DNA of 64,000 nt from an uncultured Chloroflexota bacterium (GTDB lineage: Bacteria > Chloroflexota > Dehalococcoidia > Lucifugimonadales > UBA826). The stretch lies in assembly GCA_913048525.1 (NCBI GenBank), contig CAJWWP010000004.1:5074-69073 (forward strand). Direction: 5' to 3'. The position numbers and the translations under genes are program-made. Below the pieces are notes generated by a model. That model was not told the origin of the DNA. It saw only the letters and a program-made list of their open reading frames with translations, and made no database searches. Shown here in pieces: positions 27,119 through 35,372 of this stretch; position 1 is the stretch's first letter; the number at the start of each line of letters is the position of its first letter.

Positions 27119-28351
27119 CTAGATCTTTTGGGCTGCTGCTAGGGCGGTCTGGAAGGTCTCGTAGTCGGGAGTGGTTTCAATAGGTTTTACAAAATCCCCC
27201 ATAGATTCCATGGTTTTCAAACCATTTCCTGTCACATATGCCACGGTAACTTCATCCCTTTTAATTTTTCCATGTTCAACTAGTTTTTTAAGACTGGATA
27301 TAACCACTCCTCCTGCAGTCTCGGTGAATATTCCTTCGGTTTCTGCCAGGAGTTTTATTCCATCTATTATAGTATTTTCCTCGGCGGCAACACCTGTTCC
27401 ATTTGTTTCTTTCAAGACTTCCAGAGAATATGGTCCCGCTGCTGGGTTACCGATTGCTAGTGACTTTGCCAAGGTCTCTGGCCTGACTGGCGTGACTTGA
27501 CCGCTCCCCGTTTTAAAGGCGCTAACAATAGGTGAGCACCCTTCTGGCTGAGCAAGGTGCATTTTTGTTTTGAGGTTCTCTATCAAACCAATGTCGTTAA
27601 ATTCTTGAAGGCCCTTCCATATTTTCGTGTGAAGTTCTCCAGATGCCCCCGGGACTACGCAATGATCAGGAGCCTTCCAACCAAGTTGCTCTGCGACTTC
27701 ATATCCTAGTGTTTTGCTACCTTCAGCATAAAACGGTCTCATATTTATATTTACGAAAGCCCAACGGTGATTGTCTGCGAGTTCACTACAAAATCTATTT
27801 GCGTGGTCATAATTACCTGTGACTGCCACCATCGTAGGCCCATAAACTGCCGCCCCTTGGATTTTTCCCTGTTCTAGGTCAGCAGGATAAAAAACCATGG
27901 TTTTCATACCAGCTTTGGCTCCGTGAGCGGCAACGGATCCCATCAGATTACCTGTAGATACGCATGCAAGCACTTCAAATTCAAATTCTAGAGCCTTAGT
28001 GGTTGTTACGGATACAGGACGATCTTTGAAAGAGTAAGTTGGGTTCACACTATCATTCTTTATATAAAGGTTGTCTAACCCTAACTGTCGTCCCAAGTTT
28101 TTAGCGTGTATCAGAGGAGTAAACCCAGTTGAAATGTCAACTGCTGACTCCTTATCTACAGGAAGAAAGTCATGGTATCTCCACATTGTGTTCGGACCAG
28201 CCGCAATAGATTCTCTACTTACGGCTTTGGAAATAGATTCATAGTCGTACGCGACCTCAAGTGGGCCAAAGCAGAATTCGCAAGCGTTAAGCGGCTCGAT
28301 AGGGTACTCGCTTCCACATTCACGGCACCTTAGACACTTTACGTGTGGCAA
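27119..28351 (-). CDS. Threonine synthase-like PLP enzyme with N-terminal zinc ribbon
   Basis: N-terminal CLRCRECG..CEFCFGPLEV, a PLP lysine region (NPTYSFKDRP) and TGNLMGSVAAHG. TTG start with AGGAG 8 nt upstream. Confidence 0.85.
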   Translation of the reverse strand: MPHVKCLRCRECGSEYPIEPLNACEFCFGPLEVAYDYESISKAVSRESIAAGPNTMWRYHDFLPVDKESAVDISTGFTPLIHAKNLGRQLGLDNLYIKNDSVNPTYSFKDRPVSVTTTKALEFEFEVLACVSTGNLMGSVAAHGAKAGMKTMVFYPADLEQGKIQGAAVYGPTMVAVTGNYDHANRFCSELADNHRWAFVNINMRPFYAEGSKTLGYEVAEQLGWKAPDHCVVPGASGELHTKIWKGLQEFNDIGLIENLKTKMHLAQPEGCSPIVSAFKTGSGQVTPVRPETLAKSLAIGNPAAGPYSLEVLKETNGTGVAAEENTIIDGIKLLAETEGIFTETAGGVVISSLKKLVEHGKIKRDEVTVAYVTGNGLKTMESMGDFVKPIETTPDYETFQTALAAAQKI

Positions 28352-28422
28352 CTAATCGCTCCTATAACTGGAAAGGGACCTTATCTGAATATCGGTTGGA
28401 AATACCCTTTAAATCAGAATAA

Positions 28423-28452
28423 ATTATTGCAATCCGCCAGTAAGAGTGTCAA
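28423..28452 (-). promoter_or_regulatory. Candidate promoter for the thrC-like/NIL/CysO-like operon
   Basis: The minus strand reads TTGACA-18 nt-AATAAT (TGTCAA at 28447-28452, ATTATT at 28423-28428 on the plus strand). It lies just downstream of the M16 peptidase stop. Confidence 0.4.
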
Positions 28453-28465
28453 GGAAGACACTGTG

Positions 28466-29755
28466 TCACTTAATCCCCCATAGGTCATGACACGATTCTG
28501 CAGGGCCAACCACGGCAATATTCATATTCTCTTCTAAGAAATACTCAGAGGCAACATTTCGTATATCCTCTAGACTTACACTGGCAAGGTCTCTCAGGTA
28601 GTCTTTGGTAGATTGGAATCTGTTTTCATTAAGCATTTGATTGCAATTCCAATTTGCTACTGAACGTGTATCTTCCATGTTCAACTTCAGGCGTCCTGTG
28701 AATAGCGACTTCACCTTGTCAAGTTCCTCAATATAAGTATCGGTTTTTATTTTTTGGAGCTCTTTCGATATTAGATATATAGTTTTTTCGTATTTCTTTT
28801 TGTCGACAGCTGCGTATATATCTATCGTTCCGGTGTCAGTATGGTGACTGGTGCCAGCTCCTATGTCATAGGCTAATCCTCTTTTCTCCCGTATTTCTTG
28901 AAATAATCTACTACTCATTCCTTCGCCAAGCATCGCTACGAGAAGATCTAGAGCATGGCGAAGCTCATGGCACCGGCTTGTACCTGGGAAGCCTATCGAT
29001 ATATGTGACTGCTCCACTCTTCTTTCCTCGCCCATAAATCGTGACTTATTTTTCACGTAATTCACGTTATTAAAGGTGTTAGCCTCGCCACAATTTAGAG
29101 ATTCCGCTAGCGGTTGTACGAAGTCAATTATTTCATCGTGATTCAGTTTCCCTGCTACGCTTATTACTAAGTTGTTGGAACTGTATTTATTTTGCATGAA
29201 TTCAACGAGAGATTCATGAGATATTTTTGACACTGACTTAATAGTTCCGGCGATATCCCTTCCCAGTGAAGTTCCGGGCCACATAAGTTCATCAAGCATT
29301 ACTTCCGCTCGTGAATTTGGGTAATCACTAACGCTGTTAATCTCTTCAATAATGACTTGGCGTTCTAACTCTATGTCTGCAGGTCTAAGCAGAGGTTCTG
29401 TGATCAACTGCAAAAGTAGTTGAATACTTTCTTGTGTTTTTTCTGCTAGGGTTCGACACCAATATGCGGTGGTTTCATAATCCGTGACTGCGTTAAGCGA
29501 TCCTCCATTTATTTCGATTGTTTCGCTTATTTTTGAAGGATCTGGGATGCTTTTGGTTCCCTTGAACAACATGTGCTCAATTAAGTGAGCTATCCCTTCT
29601 AGTCCAGGAGGCTCATGTCTTGATCCACACCTGACTCCCACATTTATGGCAATCGATGCCGCGTATGGAATCTCCTCTGTGATGATCGTTAATCCATTAA
29701 CGAGGGTGTCCGTCTGGACATTTCTTTTCAGCTTGTCTTCCTTAGAATTAGTCAA
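28466..29755 (-). CDS. M16 (pitrilysin/insulinase) family zinc peptidase
   Basis: Inverted zinc motif GIAHLIEHMLFKGT (HxxEH). The 429-aa length fits two M16 half-domains. Confidence 0.85.
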   Translation of the reverse strand: MTNSKEDKLKRNVQTDTLVNGLTIITEEIPYAASIAINVGVRCGSRHEPPGLEGIAHLIEHMLFKGTKSIPDPSKISETIEINGGSLNAVTDYETTAYWCRTLAEKTQESIQLLLQLITEPLLRPADIELERQVIIEEINSVSDYPNSRAEVMLDELMWPGTSLGRDIAGTIKSVSKISHESLVEFMQNKYSSNNLVISVAGKLNHDEIIDFVQPLAESLNCGEANTFNNVNYVKNKSRFMGEERRVEQSHISIGFPGTSRCHELRHALDLLVAMLGEGMSSRLFQEIREKRGLAYDIGAGTSHHTDTGTIDIYAAVDKKKYEKTIYLISKELQKIKTDTYIEELDKVKSLFTGRLKLNMEDTRSVANWNCNQMLNENRFQSTKDYLRDLASVSLEDIRNVASEYFLEENMNIAVVGPAESCHDLWGIK

Positions 29756-30638
29756 CTTTTCTAATTTCTACACCTGCGCGTTCTTCTTGCAACTTAGCAA
29801 TCGCTGTTGTTGATTGCCCTCCCCATCCTCTGTTTTGTGCTTCAACATATTTTTGGTGGATTAGATTTGATACATCCATTGGAACTCTTAAGCTTCTGCC
29901 CAAATTCGTGGCTAGCCCGACATCTTTCGAACCTAGATCTAGTTTGAAACCAGGCGAAAAATCGCCTTCGAATAAACCGGTCGGAAATGTGTGCATTTGC
30001 CTTGTTTCTCCAGAGCTCATTGAAACAGCATTGTAGAGCGTCATTGGGTCTACTCCGGCCTTTACCCCTAGACTGAAAGCCTCTGACAAAACAACTCCAA
30101 GAGTCATACCGATTAAGTTGTTAACAATTTTGCAGACAGCGCCTGCACCTAAATTTCCGCAATAAACAACCTGGTTTCCAATAAGGTCTAGTACAGACTT
30201 ATATCTATCATAGTTATTTTTATCCCCTCCCACCATTACACATAATGTTCCTTGCTCAGCACCGATTGTTCCGCCACTCACGGGGGCATCAAGGACATTT
30301 ATTCCTCTTTGTGAAGCTGAGTTAGAAATGCGGGTTATTGTTTCAGGATCGGTGGTACTTAAATCGAAAAGCGTTGTTCCTTCTAATGCACCAGCCAATA
30401 TTCCTCCCTCTCCCAGCACTACTTGCTCCACATCTTGTGGTGTGGGAAGAGATGTGAATATGACTTCACTGACAGCAGCAACTTCACTAGGGCTGGATAG
30501 CGATTTAGCCCCTGCTTTAACTAAGTTTTTAGCGGCAGTTTCGGAGATATCGTAAATAGTGAGATCATGTCCTCCATCCAGGATGTGTTTAGCCATATGC
30601 TGTCCCATGAAGCCCACGCCAATAAAACCGACTTTCAT
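29748..30638 (-). CDS. NAD(P)-dependent 3-hydroxyisobutyrate dehydrogenase-family oxidoreductase
   Basis: MKVGFIGVGFMGQHMAKHI Rossmann motif, DAPVSGG and KIVNN. Confidence 0.85.
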   Translation of the reverse strand: MKVGFIGVGFMGQHMAKHILDGGHDLTIYDISETAAKNLVKAGAKSLSSPSEVAAVSEVIFTSLPTPQDVEQVVLGEGGILAGALEGTTLFDLSTTDPETITRISNSASQRGINVLDAPVSGGTIGAEQGTLCVMVGGDKNNYDRYKSVLDLIGNQVVYCGNLGAGAVCKIVNNLIGMTLGVVLSEAFSLGVKAGVDPMTLYNAVSMSSGETRQMHTFPTGLFEGDFSPGFKLDLGSKDVGLATNLGRSLRVPMDVSNLIHQKYVEAQNRGWGGQSTTAIAKLQEERAGVEIRKVD

Positions 30639-30842
30639 ATTTTTTTTCTCCAGTCCAATGATTTAGTATTTAAGCAGCCAATTAGACTCTAAAACTTTAC
30701 TTCACTTGAGATATTATTGCTCATATGAAGTAAATTGCAGGGAGACAGCAAAATTCGCTCACTGGGTTTTTACCCTATATATCCAAAAAGGGAAGATTTA
30801 AAATTGTGTTTTGAATTGTAATTGAGGTTGTATATTCCAGCT

Positions 30843-31142
30843 ATGTCATTTGCCGATTTCATTTTGTTTCCATTTATAAAATTTGTCCAATTAATGATTT
30901 CATTTGTGGACTCATGTCCCCCTTATATTTACATAGAGGGACTTTTAGAGGGCAAGGAAGTATTGAATGACGATGAAAAGGCCGATGAAAAAACTGTTAT
31001 TTATATTTCATCAAAACGAGTAGAAGTGGATCCTTACACTTTTGGTATTTTGATGATAGGGGAAAACTTGAGAATAAGATCTACTAGGAGCTATAGGGCT
31101 GTTAGCATAGACAGGATTATTCCAGAACAAGGCCCTGTATAA
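30843..31142 (+). CDS. Hypothetical small protein (weak call)
   Basis: The only ORF in a 517-bp gap. It has a hydrophobic N-terminus (FADFILFPFIKFVQLMISFV), no convincing RBS and no recognisable motif. Confidence 0.3.
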   Translation: MSFADFILFPFIKFVQLMISFVDSCPPYIYIEGLLEGKEVLNDDEKADEKTVIYISSKRVEVDPYTFGILMIGENLRIRSTRSYRAVSIDRIIPEQGPV

Positions 31143-31155
31143 ACACCTAGATGAG

Positions 31156-34056
31156 CTAGATATATTCTGATAGCAGCTCAACAAGGTGTTTGGTTTCTCT
31201 CTTTGTGCCCTGTTGAATCTGTTGTCTGCAGGAAACGCCTTCACTCACAATGATTACGTCTTTCGATTCACTTCTGATTGCTGGGAAAAGGGTGTCTTCC
31301 CCGATTTGCATGGAGATGTCAAAGTGATCTTTATAAAATCCGAATGAACCTGCCATTCCGCAACAGCCTGATTTTATTTCCACAGATTCCAGACCTGGAA
31401 TTGTTTTCAACACCTCCATCGCGGATGTTGTTCCCACGAGAGCTTTTTGATGACAGTGACCATGAAATACGACTTTCTGTTCTTGTGGGGGATTGGAGAA
31501 CCGGAATTGATCTTCTTTTTTTACCGCATATAGAAAAAAGTCTTCTATTAACATAGTGTTTCTGGATATCTCTTTTGCTTTTTCCGGCTCCGAGGCCAGG
31601 TCAGGGAAGTCACTGATAAAGCCAAGGACACAGCTGGGTTCTATTCCTACCAGCTTGGCTCCCATTTCTATGTAGGGGTAAATAGAGGATATGTTGAAAT
31701 CTACATTTGCTTTTGCATGAGACATCATTCCATTGGATAGCATTGGTCTTCCACAGCAACGGGAGTCTGGCAGGATCACTTTGTATCCTAGCTTTTCGAT
31801 AATATTTACCGTGGCAATGCCTAGTTCTGGGTGATTGTAATTAGTTGTCGTATCTGGGAATAGAACGACAGAGCCTTTGGGATTTTTCGGGATTGTTGTG
31901 TCGTCCCTTGACCTGAACCATTGTTGAAAAGTTTGTGGAGCAAAGTTGGGTAAACGTCTTCTTTTATCTATCCCAACTGTTCTCTCTAATACTTGTTTGG
32001 AAAAAGATGTGTTCATGATCCAGTTCGAAATCGGCGCAAAAAAAGATCCGATTTTACTTAGAAAATCCACATTCCCAAAAAACCTGTTGTTTAGCCCGTA
32101 CCCATTTTCGGAATGATAGATATTCAAAAACTCGTACTTCAATTTGGCCATGTCTACATTTGAAGGGCATTCTGCTTTGCAGGCCTTACATTCAAGGCAT
32201 AAGTCCATAACCTGGTGGAGTCTGTCGCTAGTTAACATGTCGGTGGGAATAGCGCCAGACATAGCGGCTCTCAAAGCGTTTGCACGCCCCCTTGTGGAGT
32301 GTTCTTCATCGCGAGTTGCCATGTATGAGGGGCACATCGTACCGCCATGTACTTTCCTGCAAGCGCCTTGGCCATTGCACATCTCTATTGCTGTCGCAAA
32401 ATTTCCTTCCTCTGAGAATGTAAAACCTGTCGGAGGAGACAAGGTTTCGTATGTTGTGCCATAGCGGAGATTTTCGGTCATCGGTGGTGAGTCGACTATC
32501 TTCCCGGGGTTCATTATTCTCTTGGGATCGAAAGTGGTTTTAACATCCCTGAAGGCTTGATAGATTTGACTTCCGAACATTTTCTCGTTGTAGCCACTTC
32601 GGACTAAACCATCGCCATGTTCTCCACTCATCGATCCGCCAAATTCTAGGACTAGGTCACTTATTTCATCAGAAATTGCGACCATACGATCTATACCTTC
32701 TTGGTTTTTTAGATTGATGAGTGGTCGAATATGGAGGCATCCTACGCTAGCGTGACCGTAGTATCCTGCCTCCGTGCCATGCTTTCTGACTATTGAGTCG
32801 AATCTTCTGACAAATTCAGGGAGCACATGTGGTGACACGGCCGTGTCTTCAACGAATGGGAGAGGCTTTGCATCGCCTGGAACATTCATCATCAAACCAA
32901 GACCAGCTTTTCTCACATCCCATACCTTTTCTTGGTCTGAGGGATCAGTCATCCAGACCAGAGAATATCCCCAACCACCCCCATTTATCTTCTCCTTGAG
33001 TAAATCAAATTTGTGTGCCAATTCTTTTTCTGAATCAGCAACTAATTCGATTGCTAATAAGGCTTCAGGTTGACCTTCAATAAAATCCGTAATCCTAGAA
33101 TAGGAGAGATTAGATTGAGCCTGACGAATAATCATGCTTCCTATTAGTTCGATTGCAGATGGGTTTATGTCCAAAGCCGCCACAGTGGCTTCCATCGACT
33201 CTATCAACTCTAGACAGTGTAGAACGGCCAGTCCTTTATATCTTGGGGTTGGAACGACTCTTAATTTAGCTTCAGTAATCGTGACCAGTGTACCTTCTGA
33301 ACCGACTACAAACCTGGCCATATTGAAATTGTTTCCACCTACAAATTCATCCAAATTGTAACCAGAGACACGTCTTTGTATTTTTGGATATCGTGAAAGA
33401 ACCTCGTCCCTGTTATCTTCTCCAATTTCAAAGAGTGATCTGTATATGTCACCTTCAAAAGTGCTTCCGCGCATCTTGGCTTCAAGAGAATCTCCATTTA
33501 GTTGGCCAAATGTTGCCGTATCACCATTGGAGAGAATAACGTCAAGCTCATGAACATTATCTACCGTTTTTCCCCACATAATTGAGTGGGCTCCACACGA
33601 GTTATTCCCTAGCGCCCCACCCACATTTCCTCTGCTACTTGTACTCGGGTCAGGCGCAAAGAGAACGTTATGTGGAGCAAGTATTTGGTTCAGTTCATCA
33701 AGAATAATGCCTGGTTGTGTACGTACCCAACCCTCATCTGCGTTGATTTCGATAACATCTCTCATGTACCTTGAAAAATCTAAAATTATAGATTCTCCCA
33801 CTGTTTGGCCGGCTAGGCTGGTACCGCCTCCTCGCGGTAGCACCGAAACTCCATACTTATGAGCAGTTTCTAGTACCGCGATAATGTCGTCATTGGATTT
33901 TGGTAGTACAACGCCTACTGGTTCAATCTGGTAAATACTCGCGTCTGTACTCCAAAGAGCCCTAGACATTTTGTCAAATCTTACTTCTCCTTGAACATGT
34001 GAACTGAGTTCTTCAACTAATTGTTGAGTATCTGAGGCGTTGGCTTGAACGGTCAT
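31156..34056 (-). CDS. FAD-linked oxidase fused to an Fe-S/CCG domain (YdiJ / GlcD-GlcF fusion type)
   Basis: 966 aa. PCMH-type FAD domain (LPRGGGTSLAGQ), a central ferredoxin-like CLECKACKAECP, and C-terminal Cys-rich CCG-type repeats (CCGRPM, CCGMAGSFG). Confidence 0.9.
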   Translation of the reverse strand: MTVQANASDTQQLVEELSSHVQGEVRFDKMSRALWSTDASIYQIEPVGVVLPKSNDDIIAVLETAHKYGVSVLPRGGGTSLAGQTVGESIILDFSRYMRDVIEINADEGWVRTQPGIILDELNQILAPHNVLFAPDPSTSSRGNVGGALGNNSCGAHSIMWGKTVDNVHELDVILSNGDTATFGQLNGDSLEAKMRGSTFEGDIYRSLFEIGEDNRDEVLSRYPKIQRRVSGYNLDEFVGGNNFNMARFVVGSEGTLVTITEAKLRVVPTPRYKGLAVLHCLELIESMEATVAALDINPSAIELIGSMIIRQAQSNLSYSRITDFIEGQPEALLAIELVADSEKELAHKFDLLKEKINGGGWGYSLVWMTDPSDQEKVWDVRKAGLGLMMNVPGDAKPLPFVEDTAVSPHVLPEFVRRFDSIVRKHGTEAGYYGHASVGCLHIRPLINLKNQEGIDRMVAISDEISDLVLEFGGSMSGEHGDGLVRSGYNEKMFGSQIYQAFRDVKTTFDPKRIMNPGKIVDSPPMTENLRYGTTYETLSPPTGFTFSEEGNFATAIEMCNGQGACRKVHGGTMCPSYMATRDEEHSTRGRANALRAAMSGAIPTDMLTSDRLHQVMDLCLECKACKAECPSNVDMAKLKYEFLNIYHSENGYGLNNRFFGNVDFLSKIGSFFAPISNWIMNTSFSKQVLERTVGIDKRRRLPNFAPQTFQQWFRSRDDTTIPKNPKGSVVLFPDTTTNYNHPELGIATVNIIEKLGYKVILPDSRCCGRPMLSNGMMSHAKANVDFNISSIYPYIEMGAKLVGIEPSCVLGFISDFPDLASEPEKAKEISRNTMLIEDFFLYAVKKEDQFRFSNPPQEQKVVFHGHCHQKALVGTTSAMEVLKTIPGLESVEIKSGCCGMAGSFGFYKDHFDISMQIGEDTLFPAIRSESKDVIIVSEGVSCRQQIQQGTKRETKHLVELLSEYI

Positions 34057-34086
34057 AGTTAGGGTCTACTTCTCCAATAATATGAC

Positions 34087-34116
34087 AACTGTATGAGTCT
34101 AAACTGTATGAGTCTA
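34087..34116. repeat. Perfect 15-bp tandem direct repeat (AACTGTATGAGTCTA x2)
   Basis: Read directly: 34087-34101 and 34102-34116 are identical. The repeat lies 31-60 nt upstream of the YdiJ-like start codon on the minus strand. Confidence 0.95.
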
Positions 34117-34243
34117 AGTGGCCTAAAGAGTAGCATAGTCATATCACTGTGATTGGGTCAGAACTATGAAAATATCTGTTGAAATTGGAACGTGTCCGCG
34201 TTGTTCTATGGGCCGGGATCGAAGTAAGACTACACAAGTATAA

Positions 34244-35083
34244 TTACGATATATCTATTATTTTGAAAGTTGTGTTTCCTTTTGGGGTATCAGCAACTGC
34301 CAACTGTCCTGCTCTCTTGCCGATAAACGCTTTGCCCAAAGGGGAGGCGTCAGATATTTTCCCTTCTAGGGGATTGGCTTCTGATGGACTAACCAAAGTG
34401 TATTTTGTTTTTTTCTTTTTGGAAACTTCCTCTACCCTTATGGTTGTTCCTACACGAACGCTTTTTGTGCCCTTTCCCGATCCGTCCACAATAATTGCCG
34501 TGCGAAGCATTGAGTCAATTTCTTTAATTCTCGCTTCTTCACGTCCCTGCTGTTCTCTCGCTGCTTCCAGAGGAGCATTTTCCCTCACATCACCATCGGA
34601 AGCAGCTCGATGAATCGCTTCGCTGATGGAAACTCGATTAGATTCCAAACCCGACTTTTCGGTTATCAGTTGGTTGTAGCCTTCTTGAGTCATCTGCTGA
34701 CCACGGTTGAGTCCCTCATCTCCCTTGGAGTCTAGCGAAGTCCTTGGTCTTCTAATTCGAAAATGAGTCGATAGATTTACTTGTGTGGCCTCCTGGTCAT
34801 AGGCAAATTTTAAAAACTTTCTGACAGCCTGAAGTCCTTCTAGAGCCTCTGGGGCGCTACTATTTTTACACGCATCCTCAGCGTACGAGCCAATTTGAGA
34901 AGGACTTATTGCTGGCAGGTCAATTTCTAGTTCCCGAAAATGTTTAACGAATCTGTCTAATTCTCTCGCGGCCTCTGGGGTTTTATCTTTTGGCCTCATG
35001 GTGCCTGGGTTCTTGTTCTCTTTGTCAGGTGATGTGTAGACTCCGACAAGGGCCATAAGTTTTATTGTTTCGTCGTTAGCCAA
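34244..35083 (-). CDS. greA: GreA/GreB-family transcript cleavage factor with a 130-aa N-terminal extension
   Basis: The C-terminal 150 aa match GreA (DGDVRENAPLEAAREQQG..RIKEI.. and ..KISDASPLGKAFIGKRAG). The frame stays open 130 codons upstream to a TTG preceded by GGGAGGA at 6 nt. Confidence 0.8.
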   Translation of the reverse strand: MANDETIKLMALVGVYTSPDKENKNPGTMRPKDKTPEAARELDRFVKHFRELEIDLPAISPSQIGSYAEDACKNSSAPEALEGLQAVRKFLKFAYDQEATQVNLSTHFRIRRPRTSLDSKGDEGLNRGQQMTQEGYNQLITEKSGLESNRVSISEAIHRAASDGDVRENAPLEAAREQQGREEARIKEIDSMLRTAIIVDGSGKGTKSVRVGTTIRVEEVSKKKKTKYTLVSPSEANPLEGKISDASPLGKAFIGKRAGQLAVADTPKGNTTFKIIDIS

Positions 35084-35372
35084 GACAGATCCTCCCTAAT
35101 TGAACGTTAATTCGACAACCATGTTAGCAAAGCAGGCTGGTTCCCTGTCAACGACCAGCTTGGTGAATAGGGTATAACAAACTGGAATGTCAGGCTTTAC
35201 TTAAATGTTTACATCAGGTTAATCAGATGGGTTATGATCAGTTTTTATGATAGGTTCTCGCTAGGCGGGGGAAAAATTGCTGTCAGATAATGGGTAAGCG
35301 AGAAACGTGGCGATACTTCTTGACAGATGTTAAATTACTCGTTGGATTATATGAGGGGAGTTTTACTCAGGG

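Noticed and set aside
28352-28422. Possible SAM-type riboswitch or pseudoknot in the leader of the thrC-like operon: an AAAGGG..CCCUUU stem, with UCUGA/UCAGA complementarity.
   Set aside because: The leader is only about 65 nt, and the 5-bp second helix would sit at or before the predicted transcription start. I cannot match any riboswitch consensus from memory. An Rfam scan would be worthwhile, but I do not support the claim.
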